Part shown: one piece after another, positions 27,165 to 35,568 of the stretch
Layout: each line of letters begins with the position of its first letter
How positions within the stretch are numbered: the stretch's first letter is position 1
IMG/VR virus record: IMGVR_UViG_3300046791_000392
Location: 1-63,602 of that record
Direction: 5' to 3' (one strand)
Length of the DNA: 63,602 bases
From: a virus
Taxonomy: Duplodnaviria > Caudoviricetes
Notes under the pieces: model-generated
Seen by the model: only the letters and a program-made list of their open reading frames with translations
Databases searched by the model: none
What the model was told of the DNA's origin: nothing
Translations under genes and position numbers: made by a program

Positions 27165-27190
27165 TGCTGCCTCCCGTGCATCATGCCGGC

Positions 27191-27715
27191 ATGGGCCGAC
27201 CAAAATGCGTGATGATCCATTGCATGTGTACGCAATGCGGGGAAGATTTCGAGATCTACCCCAGCGACGTCAAGCACGGACGCGGAAAGTTCTGCTCCAA
27301 GCCGTGTCGCGCCGCGTGGGAGACGATCCCGCTCGCAATCCGGTTCCAGCGCTACATCGGGGTGACAACCCCCAAAGGATGCGTCCTCTGGACAGGCTGC
27401 ACAAATGCGGATGGCTACGGCATCATCGGATCTGGCACCGGCAAAGGACGCAATTTGCTCGCTCATCGCGTTTCCTGGGAGCGCACGCATGGTCCCGTCC
27501 CTCCTGGACTTTGTGTCCTGCATAGCTGCGACAACCCGCCGTGCATCAATGACGTGCACCTGTTTCTCGGAACCAAAGCCGACAACAATGCCGACAGAAA
27601 AGCCAAAGGAAGGTCGCATGGTCGGCGCTTCGGCAGTCGTCGGTTCTTACAAGAACAGCGGCGGGCTCAACGCCTCATAGCCGGCCCATCAAGAGCAGGA
27701 CCACGAGCACGATGA
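27191..27715 (+). CDS. HNH homing endonuclease with N-terminal Zn finger
   Basis: CTQCG...FCSKPC; CVLWTG, GYG, AHRVSW, VLHSCDNPPCIN..HL..GT..DN. Confidence 0.9.
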   Translation: MGRPKCVMIHCMCTQCGEDFEIYPSDVKHGRGKFCSKPCRAAWETIPLAIRFQRYIGVTTPKGCVLWTGCTNADGYGIIGSGTGKGRNLLAHRVSWERTHGPVPPGLCVLHSCDNPPCINDVHLFLGTKADNNADRKAKGRSHGRRFGSRRFLQEQRRAQRLIAGPSRAGPRAR

Positions 27716-27830
27716 GGATCACGCCGACCGCGCCGCTCGGACCGTAGCCGTAGGAGTGATACCCGAAGTTCGGCAGGCCGCCGACGAGCAGCAGGATCAG
27801 GATGATGATCAGGATGACGCCGATGCTCAT
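27675..27830 (-). CDS. DUF3309-like small membrane protein (not in ORF track)
   Basis: MSIGVILIIILILLLVGGLPNFGYHSYGYGPSGAVGVILIVLVVLLLMGRL; AGGAGG RBS. Confidence 0.85.
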   Translation of the reverse strand: MSIGVILIIILILLLVGGLPNFGYHSYGYGPSGAVGVILIVLVVLLLMGRL

Positions 27831-28681
27831 GGTTGGACACCTCCTAGGCGGCGCATCATCGACTGCAGGACATCGCGCATCATCGCGTCGCTACCGCCGG
27901 GCGCGAGGCGCGAGTTGCCGGGAATATTCAGTGCAGGGTTGGACAATGCCGCCGCCAAGGCTTGTCGAGCGCTCGGTTCGTTGGGATCGACGCCATACTG
28001 GCGCATGAAGTCTTCCATCCACGCGGTCGGGTGATCCGGACCCTTGAGCGGCAGCGGCTCGACGCGCGGCGGCGCATCGACCGACGATTGCCAATGGTAC
28101 TGCGGCTCGCCGCCGACCGTGTCCGGCGCGTAGGGTTCCGGTCGCGCATCGTATTGCCACGCGCGGCGATAGTTGAAATCCGGGTCGTTGTAATTCGGCT
28201 GCTCGCCAAAGCGCTCGCTGAACTGGCGCCGCCAATCGCGATAGCCCCGGCCGAACATCATGTCGTAGTCGAAGTTGGGTGCCATGTCCGCCGGCGGCGG
28301 TGGGGACACCGCACTGGTGGCACCGCCGAAGTAGAACGAGCCGGGCTCCGGTGGGGAGGTGCGACCGCTGGGCACCGGCGGGGGGACATCGCCCTCGCCG
28401 GGCGATACGGTCCGCGTCTCGCTGGGATCGATAGGTCCGTAACCTGGGTCCGGCGTAAGCCAACCTGGCCCAAGTGGATTGCGCTCGGGGATCTGCGGTC
28501 CTCGGATGTGTAGCTGTGGCATATCGTAGAGCCGGCGCTGCAGCCGTGGCAGATTATCGTCGTATTGCGGCATTGGCATGCGCACCGTCTCGTTGCCGAA
28601 GACGCTGTCGCGAAACGTCTCGCCCGGCATCTCGTCGGGGGAACCACCCAGTCGGGCGAATACGGTGTCCCAAAAGCTCAT
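27827..28681 (-). CDS. Putative virion-associated/injected protein
   Basis: Late-strand ORF, ATGA coupled; N-terminal MSFWDTVFARL; Pro-rich then aromatic C-terminal domain. Confidence 0.6.
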   Translation of the reverse strand: MSFWDTVFARLGGSPDEMPGETFRDSVFGNETVRMPMPQYDDNLPRLQRRLYDMPQLHIRGPQIPERNPLGPGWLTPDPGYGPIDPSETRTVSPGEGDVPPPVPSGRTSPPEPGSFYFGGATSAVSPPPPADMAPNFDYDMMFGRGYRDWRRQFSERFGEQPNYNDPDFNYRRAWQYDARPEPYAPDTVGGEPQYHWQSSVDAPPRVEPLPLKGPDHPTAWMEDFMRQYGVDPNEPSARQALAAALSNPALNIPGNSRLAPGGSDAMMRDVLQSMMRRLGGVQP

Positions 28682-29394
28682 CGCAATTGGCTCCAAGTCA
28701 TACCCGGATTGGCGTAAAGCTGCCGGACCCGCGCGGCGTTGACCTGATCGGCGGTGGCGCGCAGGCGCTCAAGCAGGGCGCCGTACATCTGCGTGTCCTG
28801 CGGCGAGAACTCCATCAGCCCGCCGTACGATTCGGGGAAGTTCAGCTGGCGGTCCTGGAAGACGTTCATCTCCTCGGACAGCCGCGCGTTGGGGCTGACC
28901 TCGTGATACGGCACGCCGTAGGCTCGCGCCGCCGCCGGCAGCAGGGCCATGCCGCGATGGCGAAATTCATGGCGGCCGACCAGCGGGAAGTCCGGGCGCT
29001 CCATTTGTGGCAGGTAGCGCGCGGTGCGCGTCATGGTTTCGGCCGGGTACGACATCGCCGGCCCGTTTATGGGTGTCTGGGCCGGCGGTGCCGACATGCG
29101 TAGCGCGCCAAGACCACCTTGTCCGAAACGCACCGTGTCCGGCGTCTCCGTGCTTTCGGGAAAGTAATACTCGCCGCCGCGCTCGGGCGTCGAGGTGTTC
29201 CGGTTCCAGTCGATCACATTGGAATTGAAGCCGGCGAGCGCGATGGGGTCGTTCCACATCGTGCCGACGATGGAACCCAGCAAACCACCGCGCTCGGTCG
29301 CGGTCGGTTCGGCGCCGACGCTCTGGTCGAGATACTGCGGCTGCGGCTGGTTCAGCTGGCCGAAGATGTCTTCCCAGAAGCTGCGCGGTGCCAT
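28678..29394 (-). CDS. Putative virion-associated protein with HExxH motif
   Basis: N-terminal SFWEDIFGQL; GRHEFRH. Confidence 0.6.
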   Translation of the reverse strand: MAPRSFWEDIFGQLNQPQPQYLDQSVGAEPTATERGGLLGSIVGTMWNDPIALAGFNSNVIDWNRNTSTPERGGEYYFPESTETPDTVRFGQGGLGALRMSAPPAQTPINGPAMSYPAETMTRTARYLPQMERPDFPLVGRHEFRHRGMALLPAAARAYGVPYHEVSPNARLSEEMNVFQDRQLNFPESYGGLMEFSPQDTQMYGALLERLRATADQVNAARVRQLYANPGMTWSQLR

Positions 29395-29401
29395 GTCACG
29401 C

Positions 29402-31180
29402 TCACACGCGGAAGCGGCGCGGATCGAACGCGGTACGCTGGCCGAAGATGAACGGCGACCATTGCGGTTCTTCTCCGGAGTAATAGTTCACGCCGAACGG
29501 CAGCTGTTCCGGCGTCGGTTTCGTGCCCGGATCGTCCGGTTTGACTGGTTGATCCGGTAGGGGTTCCAGACCCAGTGCCGCGAGCAGCATGTCCTCGACC
29601 CGGCTGTCGGCTTGGTTGCCGCCGGTGAGATCGCGTTCCTGCGGGACCATCAAGGCTTCGCGCAGTTGCTGGAGCGTGGGGTTGGGCGGGAGTCCCGGAA
29701 GTGTCGTAGGCACGCCGCGCAGCTGGGTGGGATCATAGGTGCGCGGGTCGGCCGGCGGTGGTGCTGCGCCGACATCGCCACGGTCATCCTGTCCCAGCAA
29801 CCAGTTGCCGACGGTCGGACGCGTGCTGAGCCCGATGGCGCCGGGCACGATGCCGGCGGTTTCCCGACCATGAAGGGCATCCCAGATCATGGTGCCCAGG
29901 TTGGGCTGCGCGCGCGCCAAGGGCGAACCGGCACGCCCTGGAGTGAGCCCGGTGAGACTGCCACCGGTCTGCACCGCGCCCAGTGCACTTCCGATTTGGC
30001 TCACGCCGGGCACGCCGAGAGAGCCCAGCATGCCCGGCAGGTTCTGGTTTAGCTCAGCCGCGACCGGCCCGCCGATGGTGGAACTACCAAGAGCGGCGAG
30101 CGCCTGCATGATCGCAGTGCCGATATTGGGTGGCGGCGCGAACGGTGTCGTGGACGGCGCCGACGCCAAGCGCTCGGCGTCGGTGTAGCCCGTGTTCGGC
30201 GAGATATCCGGCTGCGCGCTCGGGCTCGTGTCTGGCGCCGTCGCCGGCGCCGGCGTGTCCGGCGTCGGCGTGCTTGGCGTGCCCGGTGTCGGCTGGCCCA
30301 ACGATGCCGCGAGTTCCGGCGTGAGCCCGGTCATGGGGGTATCATCCGGCGCCGATTGCGGCGTTGCTCCTGTCGAACGCGACGCTGCTGGCGCCGGACT
30401 ATACGACACGCCAATACGATTTCCGAATGGGTCCGGAACGGAGAAATCCGGCGTTGCCAGCGGCGACGTCAGGCGCCCGCCGGGCACAAACGTACCCTGT
30501 GCGAGCAGGTCGCCTTCGCGCAGGCCGGTCAGCGACGGGTTCGGTGTGCCGACCGGGTTGCCGAGTTCGTCCACTTCGCCACGCTGCTGCTCGTCGTCGG
30601 TGGCCGCGAACGGATCGGTGATGCCGAACGGATTGCCCGTCGGCGCCGGTGGGCCGAACTGCTCCACGATGTTGGTGAAGCTCGGGGTGGCGCCCAAGCT
30701 CACGCTGGACATAGTCGGCGCCGCCGCCGGCTCGGCATAGGGACCAAGACCTGAGAGGCCCGGGTCCGGCGTGTCCAGCCCGGGCTGCGGCGCACTGCCG
30801 GCCGGCTCGGCCTCGGCGGGCGTGCCGGTTTCTACCGGCGCCGGCTCGCCGCCAGTGGGTGCCGGCGGGCCGTAGGTTTCGCTCGGCGCCGGCGGGCCGT
30901 AGGTTTCGCTCGGCGCCGCAGTGCCGGGATCACCCGTCGTCGCCGGGCCGGCGGCAATCGCATCGGTGACGCCGGCATCGTGCTGCGCTTCTTGCGAGGC
31001 ATCGAAACCGCCGCTGGTGGTGTCACCACCCTGGAAGCCGCCGGCATCGATACCGCCCTGGACACCGGCGTCGTGCCCGGCTTCGTGTCCACCGTCGCCG
31101 CCGCCATCGCCGCCACCACCGCCGCCGTCACCGCCGCCTTCGTAGACCTGGCGCCGCCCGCGCGGTTCAAATGGCCACAT
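29402..31180 (-). CDS. Low-complexity Gly/Asp/Pro-rich protein with central hydrophobic Gly-rich segment; possible ejection protein
   Basis: EGGGDGGGGG N-terminus; IGTAIMQALAALG...MLGSLGVPGVSQIGSALGAV; overlaps the acyltransferase stop. Confidence 0.65.
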   Translation of the reverse strand: MWPFEPRGRRQVYEGGGDGGGGGGDGGGDGGHEAGHDAGVQGGIDAGGFQGGDTTSGGFDASQEAQHDAGVTDAIAAGPATTGDPGTAAPSETYGPPAPSETYGPPAPTGGEPAPVETGTPAEAEPAGSAPQPGLDTPDPGLSGLGPYAEPAAAPTMSSVSLGATPSFTNIVEQFGPPAPTGNPFGITDPFAATDDEQQRGEVDELGNPVGTPNPSLTGLREGDLLAQGTFVPGGRLTSPLATPDFSVPDPFGNRIGVSYSPAPAASRSTGATPQSAPDDTPMTGLTPELAASLGQPTPGTPSTPTPDTPAPATAPDTSPSAQPDISPNTGYTDAERLASAPSTTPFAPPPNIGTAIMQALAALGSSTIGGPVAAELNQNLPGMLGSLGVPGVSQIGSALGAVQTGGSLTGLTPGRAGSPLARAQPNLGTMIWDALHGRETAGIVPGAIGLSTRPTVGNWLLGQDDRGDVGAAPPPADPRTYDPTQLRGVPTTLPGLPPNPTLQQLREALMVPQERDLTGGNQADSRVEDMLLAALGLEPLPDQPVKPDDPGTKPTPEQLPFGVNYYSGEEPQWSPFIFGQRTAFDPRRFRV

Positions 31181-31661
31181 CGTCGTATCCTCGAAACATG
31201 GCGAGCCGGCGCTTGCCGTTGGTGGTGCGCCTGGCGAAGCAGGTCTGGCCCCGGAAAATCTCGCGGAGATCGTTGACGATCATCCGGCACGTGCTGTCCA
31301 GGGCGATCATGTCCACGATGGTGGTGTGCAGCACCGGGTAGGCTGTCCAGAAATGATTACCCAGCCAGTGCTGATATTCGAGACGGAGCTTGTTGGCGAC
31401 AAGGTCCTCGACCGCGTGCAGGGGCATCTCGATCCAGGTCGCGATCCCGACCGGCATGCCGTCGCGGTCCCAGTAGAGCTTGTAGGTGGACAGTTCGAGT
31501 GGCGGCCGGAACAACCGCTCGACCTCGCTCACCGCCCAGCGCCTGTGGAGATCCGAGTGCGCGACGAGATACCACACGACGTTCATCGGGTCGGCGCCGA
31601 AGCGCGCGTCGGCGAGCGTCGGTCGGTTCGCAAACACGACAACGTTCGCCGACGCGGTCAT
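31167..31661 (-). CDS. HlyC/RtxC-like toxin-activating lysine acyltransferase
   Basis: LVAHSDLHRRW (Ser, His), PPLEL..YKLY, PVGIATW, HW, IVDMIA (Asp) follow the HlyC family pattern. Confidence 0.75.
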   Translation of the reverse strand: MTASANVVVFANRPTLADARFGADPMNVVWYLVAHSDLHRRWAVSEVERLFRPPLELSTYKLYWDRDGMPVGIATWIEMPLHAVEDLVANKLRLEYQHWLGNHFWTAYPVLHTTIVDMIALDSTCRMIVNDLREIFRGQTCFARRTTNGKRRLAMFRGYDDVAI

Positions 31662-31662
31662 C

Positions 31663-31746
31663 TCAGTAGGCGCCCTTGGCGCCCTTCTTGCCCTTGGCCT
31701 TGGCTTTCGCCTTGCCCTTGGGCTTCGCGGCCTTCTTCTTCGGCAT
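31663..31746 (-). CDS. 27-aa Lys/Ala-rich peptide
   Basis: MPKKKAAKPKGKAKAKAKGKKGAKGAY; AGGAG RBS. Confidence 0.6.
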   Translation of the reverse strand: MPKKKAAKPKGKAKAKAKGKKGAKGAY

Positions 31747-31771
31747 CGCTGTCTCCTGGTGTAGCCAGCCC

Positions 31772-31936
31772 CTAGCGGGACCGGCGCTTTGGTTTGCGCT
31801 TCGTCTTGCGAAGCTCGCCGCTGATCGACGCACCGCCGCCCTTGGGGAAGCACACGTGAATGTACCGTCCGCGCTTGGGCACGATGGTACGTACTCGCCC
31901 GCCGGCGGCAACGCAGCGGGTGAACTTCGCCGGCAT
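31772..31936 (-). CDS. 54-aa basic protein (not in ORF track)
   Basis: MPAKFTRCVAAGGRVRTIVPKRGRYIHVCF...KRKPKRRSR. Confidence 0.6.
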   Translation of the reverse strand: MPAKFTRCVAAGGRVRTIVPKRGRYIHVCFPKGGGASISGELRKTKRKPKRRSR

Positions 31937-31943
31937 GACACCC

Positions 31944-32273
31944 TTACGTCATGACCATGAGCTTGCGCAGGTTGCCGGCAGCGTCCTTGACCGTGATGTA
32001 CCCGGTCGCCGGCGCGTCGGCGCTGGTTGTCCAGGTGCCAAACTGGACATAGCCGGCGCCCTTGGGCACCAGCGAGATATCGATGGCAGCGTCGGTGCCG
32101 GTCGCCGTGATCGCCGGGTCGGAGCCGGCGGCAGCGCCCGAGATCGTCAGGTAGTTCACGTTGGTGGCGCCGGCCGGCGGCCCCAGGATCTGATCGAAGA
32201 GCGCGCGAACCTGCCGCGCAAGAGGACCAACTCCTCGGCCCCGGAGAGACGTGCTATCGAGTGGCATGGACAT
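31944..32273 (-). CDS. Small tail-fibre-like structural protein
   Basis: VNYLTISGAAAG..P.I.ATG.D..I...L.PKG.G; PATGYITVKD. Confidence 0.55.
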   Translation of the reverse strand: MSMPLDSTSLRGRGVGPLARQVRALFDQILGPPAGATNVNYLTISGAAAGSDPAITATGTDAAIDISLVPKGAGYVQFGTWTTSADAPATGYITVKDAAGNLRKLMVMT

Positions 32274-32298
32274 GCTCCGTGGTTGATTGGTTGATTGG

Positions 32299-32703
32299 TT
32301 ATGGAACCGTGGACAGCTTACTCCACCACGGCTTGAAGTTCTTCAGGTCATCGAGGTCGGGCCAGGTCCCGGTGAACGTGATCGCGCGATCATCGAGGGT
32401 CACGAACGCCGGGGGTTTCTCGGCCGGCCACCCGATCAGGTCCAGCCATTCGGGGACGCCGATGCTGCCGGCCGCACCAGTCATCGCGTGATGCGCGAGC
32501 CATGCTTTCATGGCGGAAATTCCGCCGGCCCAGTGCGACCGCGACGAATGAATCTGGACATCGAACACGTGGACAGCCTTGGACAGGAACTCCAAGGCGC
32601 CGGGCACGGGCGGATCGGGAATATGCGTCGCACCGCGCCAGCCCGACGCATACGAATGGATCACGCCGTCGAAGTCGAGGCACAGGATGGGCTTCTTAGT
32701 CAT
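32299..32703 (-). CDS. HAD-superfamily phosphatase
   Basis: LCLDFDGVI, P.PGA, HSSR, KP....LDDR. Confidence 0.85.
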   Translation of the reverse strand: MTKKPILCLDFDGVIHSYASGWRGATHIPDPPVPGALEFLSKAVHVFDVQIHSSRSHWAGGISAMKAWLAHHAMTGAAGSIGVPEWLDLIGWPAEKPPAFVTLDDRAITFTGTWPDLDDLKNFKPWWSKLSTVP

Positions 32704-32876
32704 GGTCGAAGCACCATCTCGACCGCGACCGCGACGGCCAGGGCGATGCCGCCGCTGACCAGCGTAACGAGCTTCCACGCCACGCCCCAGCGGCGGTCAC
32801 ACAGCACAACGTGTCCGTTGAAGTCGCCCCGCAGCGCCGTCAGCTGGATCTCAAGCTGGCGCATGCGGTCGTCCAT
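32700..32876 (-). CDS. Coiled-coil plus C-terminal TM protein (holin/antiholin-like candidate)
   Basis: MDDRMRQLE...WKLVTLVSGGIALAVAVAVEMVL; follows the fibre genes. Confidence 0.5.
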   Translation of the reverse strand: MDDRMRQLEIQLTALRGDFNGHVVLCDRRWGVAWKLVTLVSGGIALAVAVAVEMVLRP

Positions 32877-32877
32877 G

Positions 32878-33057
32878 TCACTTCGGACCGGGTGCCGGCG
32901 GTGGCTCGTAGTCGGCCGCGTACGCAGTGTTACCGGCGGCGACCCATTGCTGGTACGCGCGCCAGTCGGCATTGCGTTCATCGTTCGGAATGAACGCGCC
33001 GTCGCTGAGACGCTGCACGCCACCCATTGCATTGAGCTTGTATGTTTCAGTTGTCAT
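32878..33057 (-). CDS. Tail fibre accessory/chaperone-like protein, copy 2
   Basis: DGAFIPNDERNADWRAYQQWVAAGNT motif typical of small proteins that follow fibre genes. Confidence 0.75.
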   Translation of the reverse strand: MTTETYKLNAMGGVQRLSDGAFIPNDERNADWRAYQQWVAAGNTAYAADYEPPPAPGPK

Positions 33058-33059
33058 GA

Positions 33060-34202
33060 TTAGATCCCTGCGTCGGCCTGCCAATGCACACCGCACTGTT
33101 GGTTGACGCCACCACCGGCATTGCCGGTCGATGCGACACCGAAGCACCTGTCGATGGCGCCGAATGCGACTGTAGCGCTGTGATCGACCGAAGCACTCTC
33201 GTTGCGCACCTGCCCGTTGGCAGCAGATGGATTGTAAAACGCCACCGATGGAGACGTGCGCATCCGCACACCAAAAGAATGGAACATGCTAAAGCTCGAC
33301 GCGCCTCCCGTGATGGTCTGCCCCATCAGTTCGCCGTTGTTGATACCGACGCCTGAGTTGGGGGCCATGCCATACTGAAACGACTTCTGATAGTGCCGCT
33401 GGCACGCCTGCAACTCGCTCTCGAACGGCCTGCGCTCGAACGGCGTCGCGACGCTGCCGATCTCAAGCTGCACATCGTCAATCGCCCATACATCCGCAGC
33501 ACCCGCTGTGCCAACCGGCGTCCACAAGAACTGAAGCGACGCCTGCGTCGCATTTGTCGGCACCACGACGGCGGATGTGAACGTCAAGCGCTGCGGCGTG
33601 CCTACCGGCAATGTTGCCGTGGCAGCGATAACATCCGTCTCGCCGGTGAATGCAACCGTGCTGCGCTTGGCCGCAGCGCCAGTGCCGGTGCGAAATCGCA
33701 CGAGCAGTGCCTGTCCTGCCGGTGTCCAGCCGGCATTGCAATATGCTATGAACGACAGCGTGACGATGCTGTTCTGCGCCATCACGATCTCGTCGGTATC
33801 AAGCGGAAACTCAAAGACCATGATGCTGACGCCGGTCTGTCCGCTGCTGCGGAAGATGTTGGCACCAAAGCGCGATCCCGCTACACCAGGAGCACCTTGT
33901 GCAACGACGCTTGCTTGATTGGCGCCCGTCGTCAGCCACCAACCGTCACTCGTATAAGCACCGCCGGCAGCCCCTACCGAGATAGCAGCACTCCCGCCGG
34001 CCCCGCGCTGCCACACCTCAAAGCCGCCGTTGCGTCCAAGTATGTTGCGATACGACAGCGCACGACCGATGTTCGCTGGATCACCGGCACCACTACCGAT
34101 CTCACGTCCCTTCACTGTGCCGTCAGGCATGTCAGCAAGCTGTGCATCCGTCACGCTGTTGAGCGGAGGATAGAAGCCTGGTGACTGCGGATAGTAGGGC
34201 AT
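33060..34202 (-). CDS. Receptor-binding/tail fibre protein, paralog 3
   Basis: RNILGRNGGFEVWQRG, VQLEIGSVATPFERRP..ELQACQRHYQK. Confidence 0.8.
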   Translation of the reverse strand: MPYYPQSPGFYPPLNSVTDAQLADMPDGTVKGREIGSGAGDPANIGRALSYRNILGRNGGFEVWQRGAGGSAAISVGAAGGAYTSDGWWLTTGANQASVVAQGAPGVAGSRFGANIFRSSGQTGVSIMVFEFPLDTDEIVMAQNSIVTLSFIAYCNAGWTPAGQALLVRFRTGTGAAAKRSTVAFTGETDVIAATATLPVGTPQRLTFTSAVVVPTNATQASLQFLWTPVGTAGAADVWAIDDVQLEIGSVATPFERRPFESELQACQRHYQKSFQYGMAPNSGVGINNGELMGQTITGGASSFSMFHSFGVRMRTSPSVAFYNPSAANGQVRNESASVDHSATVAFGAIDRCFGVASTGNAGGGVNQQCGVHWQADAGI

Positions 34203-34205
34203 GTG

Positions 34206-35387
34206 CTAGATACCTGCGTCGGCGGTGAGATGCACACCAACTTGTGTGTTCACTCCTGGAGTGCCTGGAATTACGCCATATATCATCGTGCTTTCTTGTG
34301 ATGTGTACACTACAGTAGTGCCAGTGAATGGTAGATTAGCAATAAGGTCATATATCTGATTGCCGCTTGCACCAATACTAATAGGGGTAACAGTTGGCGC
34401 AGCACGCATCGAAATTGGAAAGCGATATGGGAGCATCGCCAACGCACCACTGCCACCAGGAACAACGGTGTTGTACTGAATGTGCCCCAGCGTGTTACCT
34501 AACTGTGCAACAGGTGCGACTGGATAGTTGAATGTCTTCTGATAGTGTCTCTTACACGCCAACAGTTCACTCTCAAATGGTCTACGCTCGAATGGTGTTG
34601 CAACGCTACCGACTTCGAGTTGTACGTCGTCAAGTGCCCAGTAGTCAGATGATGCTGTGCCGACAGGCACCCAGTCGAAATAGACGGATGCCTGCGTCGT
34701 ATTGTTCGGGACCACAATCGTGGATGTCATTGTGAAGCGTGTGACGGTCGGCGTCACTGAAACCGCTACGGTCGTATCAATGATCACTTGCTCGCCAGTG
34801 TATGCACCGGCAGACCGTCTTGCCGGTGATCCACTGCCGATGAACAATCGAACGCGGACGTTCTTGCCTACTGGCGAGAACGTCGCGGATGCGAGTGTTG
34901 AGAACGACAGCGTGACGAAATTACCGCGTGCCGTCGCAATCTCGTCGGTGTCCAATGGATACTCGTACGAGATCGCTGCGACGCCCGTCTGTCCATCAGT
35001 GCGTTGCAGGACAACAGCCCAGCGCGATCCTGGCGCCAAGCCGAAGCCCGATACGCCAGCCCACTGATAAACATTCGAGTTCTGTCCTGCGCTGCAAGCG
35101 TAGTACCAGCCATCTGCTGTGTATCCTGCCGTGGAAGGCATCGCCATCTGCGCTGGCGCACCACCAGCACCTCTCTGCCACACTTCAAATCCACCATTGC
35201 GACCGAGTATGTTCCTGTAGCTCAGTCCTTGTGATGCAGCAATCAAGCTGCTCATCGGCAAGTCTTGTGGATCACCAGTGCCAGTACCAGCAGCACGACC
35301 CTTGACTGTGTTCGCTGCCATGTCTGCGAGCAGCACATTGTCGATGCTGTTGGGATAGAGGCCGCCGCCTTGTGGATAGAGAGGCAT
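34206..35387 (-). CDS. Receptor-binding/tail fibre protein, paralog 2 (lower GC)
   Basis: Same conserved blocks; start MPLYPQ by analogy with paralogs. Confidence 0.8.
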   Translation of the reverse strand: MPLYPQGGGLYPNSIDNVLLADMAANTVKGRAAGTGTGDPQDLPMSSLIAASQGLSYRNILGRNGGFEVWQRGAGGAPAQMAMPSTAGYTADGWYYACSAGQNSNVYQWAGVSGFGLAPGSRWAVVLQRTDGQTGVAAISYEYPLDTDEIATARGNFVTLSFSTLASATFSPVGKNVRVRLFIGSGSPARRSAGAYTGEQVIIDTTVAVSVTPTVTRFTMTSTIVVPNNTTQASVYFDWVPVGTASSDYWALDDVQLEVGSVATPFERRPFESELLACKRHYQKTFNYPVAPVAQLGNTLGHIQYNTVVPGGSGALAMLPYRFPISMRAAPTVTPISIGASGNQIYDLIANLPFTGTTVVYTSQESTMIYGVIPGTPGVNTQVGVHLTADAGI

Positions 35388-35389
35388 GG

Positions 35390-35566
35390 CTATTTCGGTC
35401 CCGGCAGTGGAGGTGGCTCGTAGTCGGCGGCATAGGCCGTGTTGCCCGCTTCCACCCACGCGACGTATTCGCGCCAGTCTGAATTTCGTTCATCTTCCGG
35501 CACGAACGCTCCGTCGCTGAGACGCTGCACGCCGCCCATTGCATTGAGCTTGTAGCTTTCGGTCAT
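35390..35566 (-). CDS. Tail fibre accessory/chaperone-like protein, copy 1 (not in ORF track)
   Basis: MTESYKLNAMGGVQRLSDGAFVPEDERNSDWREYVAWVEAGNTAYAADYEPPPLPGPK; near-identical to 32878-33057. Confidence 0.8.
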   Translation of the reverse strand: MTESYKLNAMGGVQRLSDGAFVPEDERNSDWREYVAWVEAGNTAYAADYEPPPLPGPK

Positions 35567-35568
35567 GG

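Noticed and set aside
29402-31180. RTX toxin
   Set aside because: Gly/Asp stretch is short and N-terminal, lacks GGxGxDxUx arrays, and there are no secretion genes
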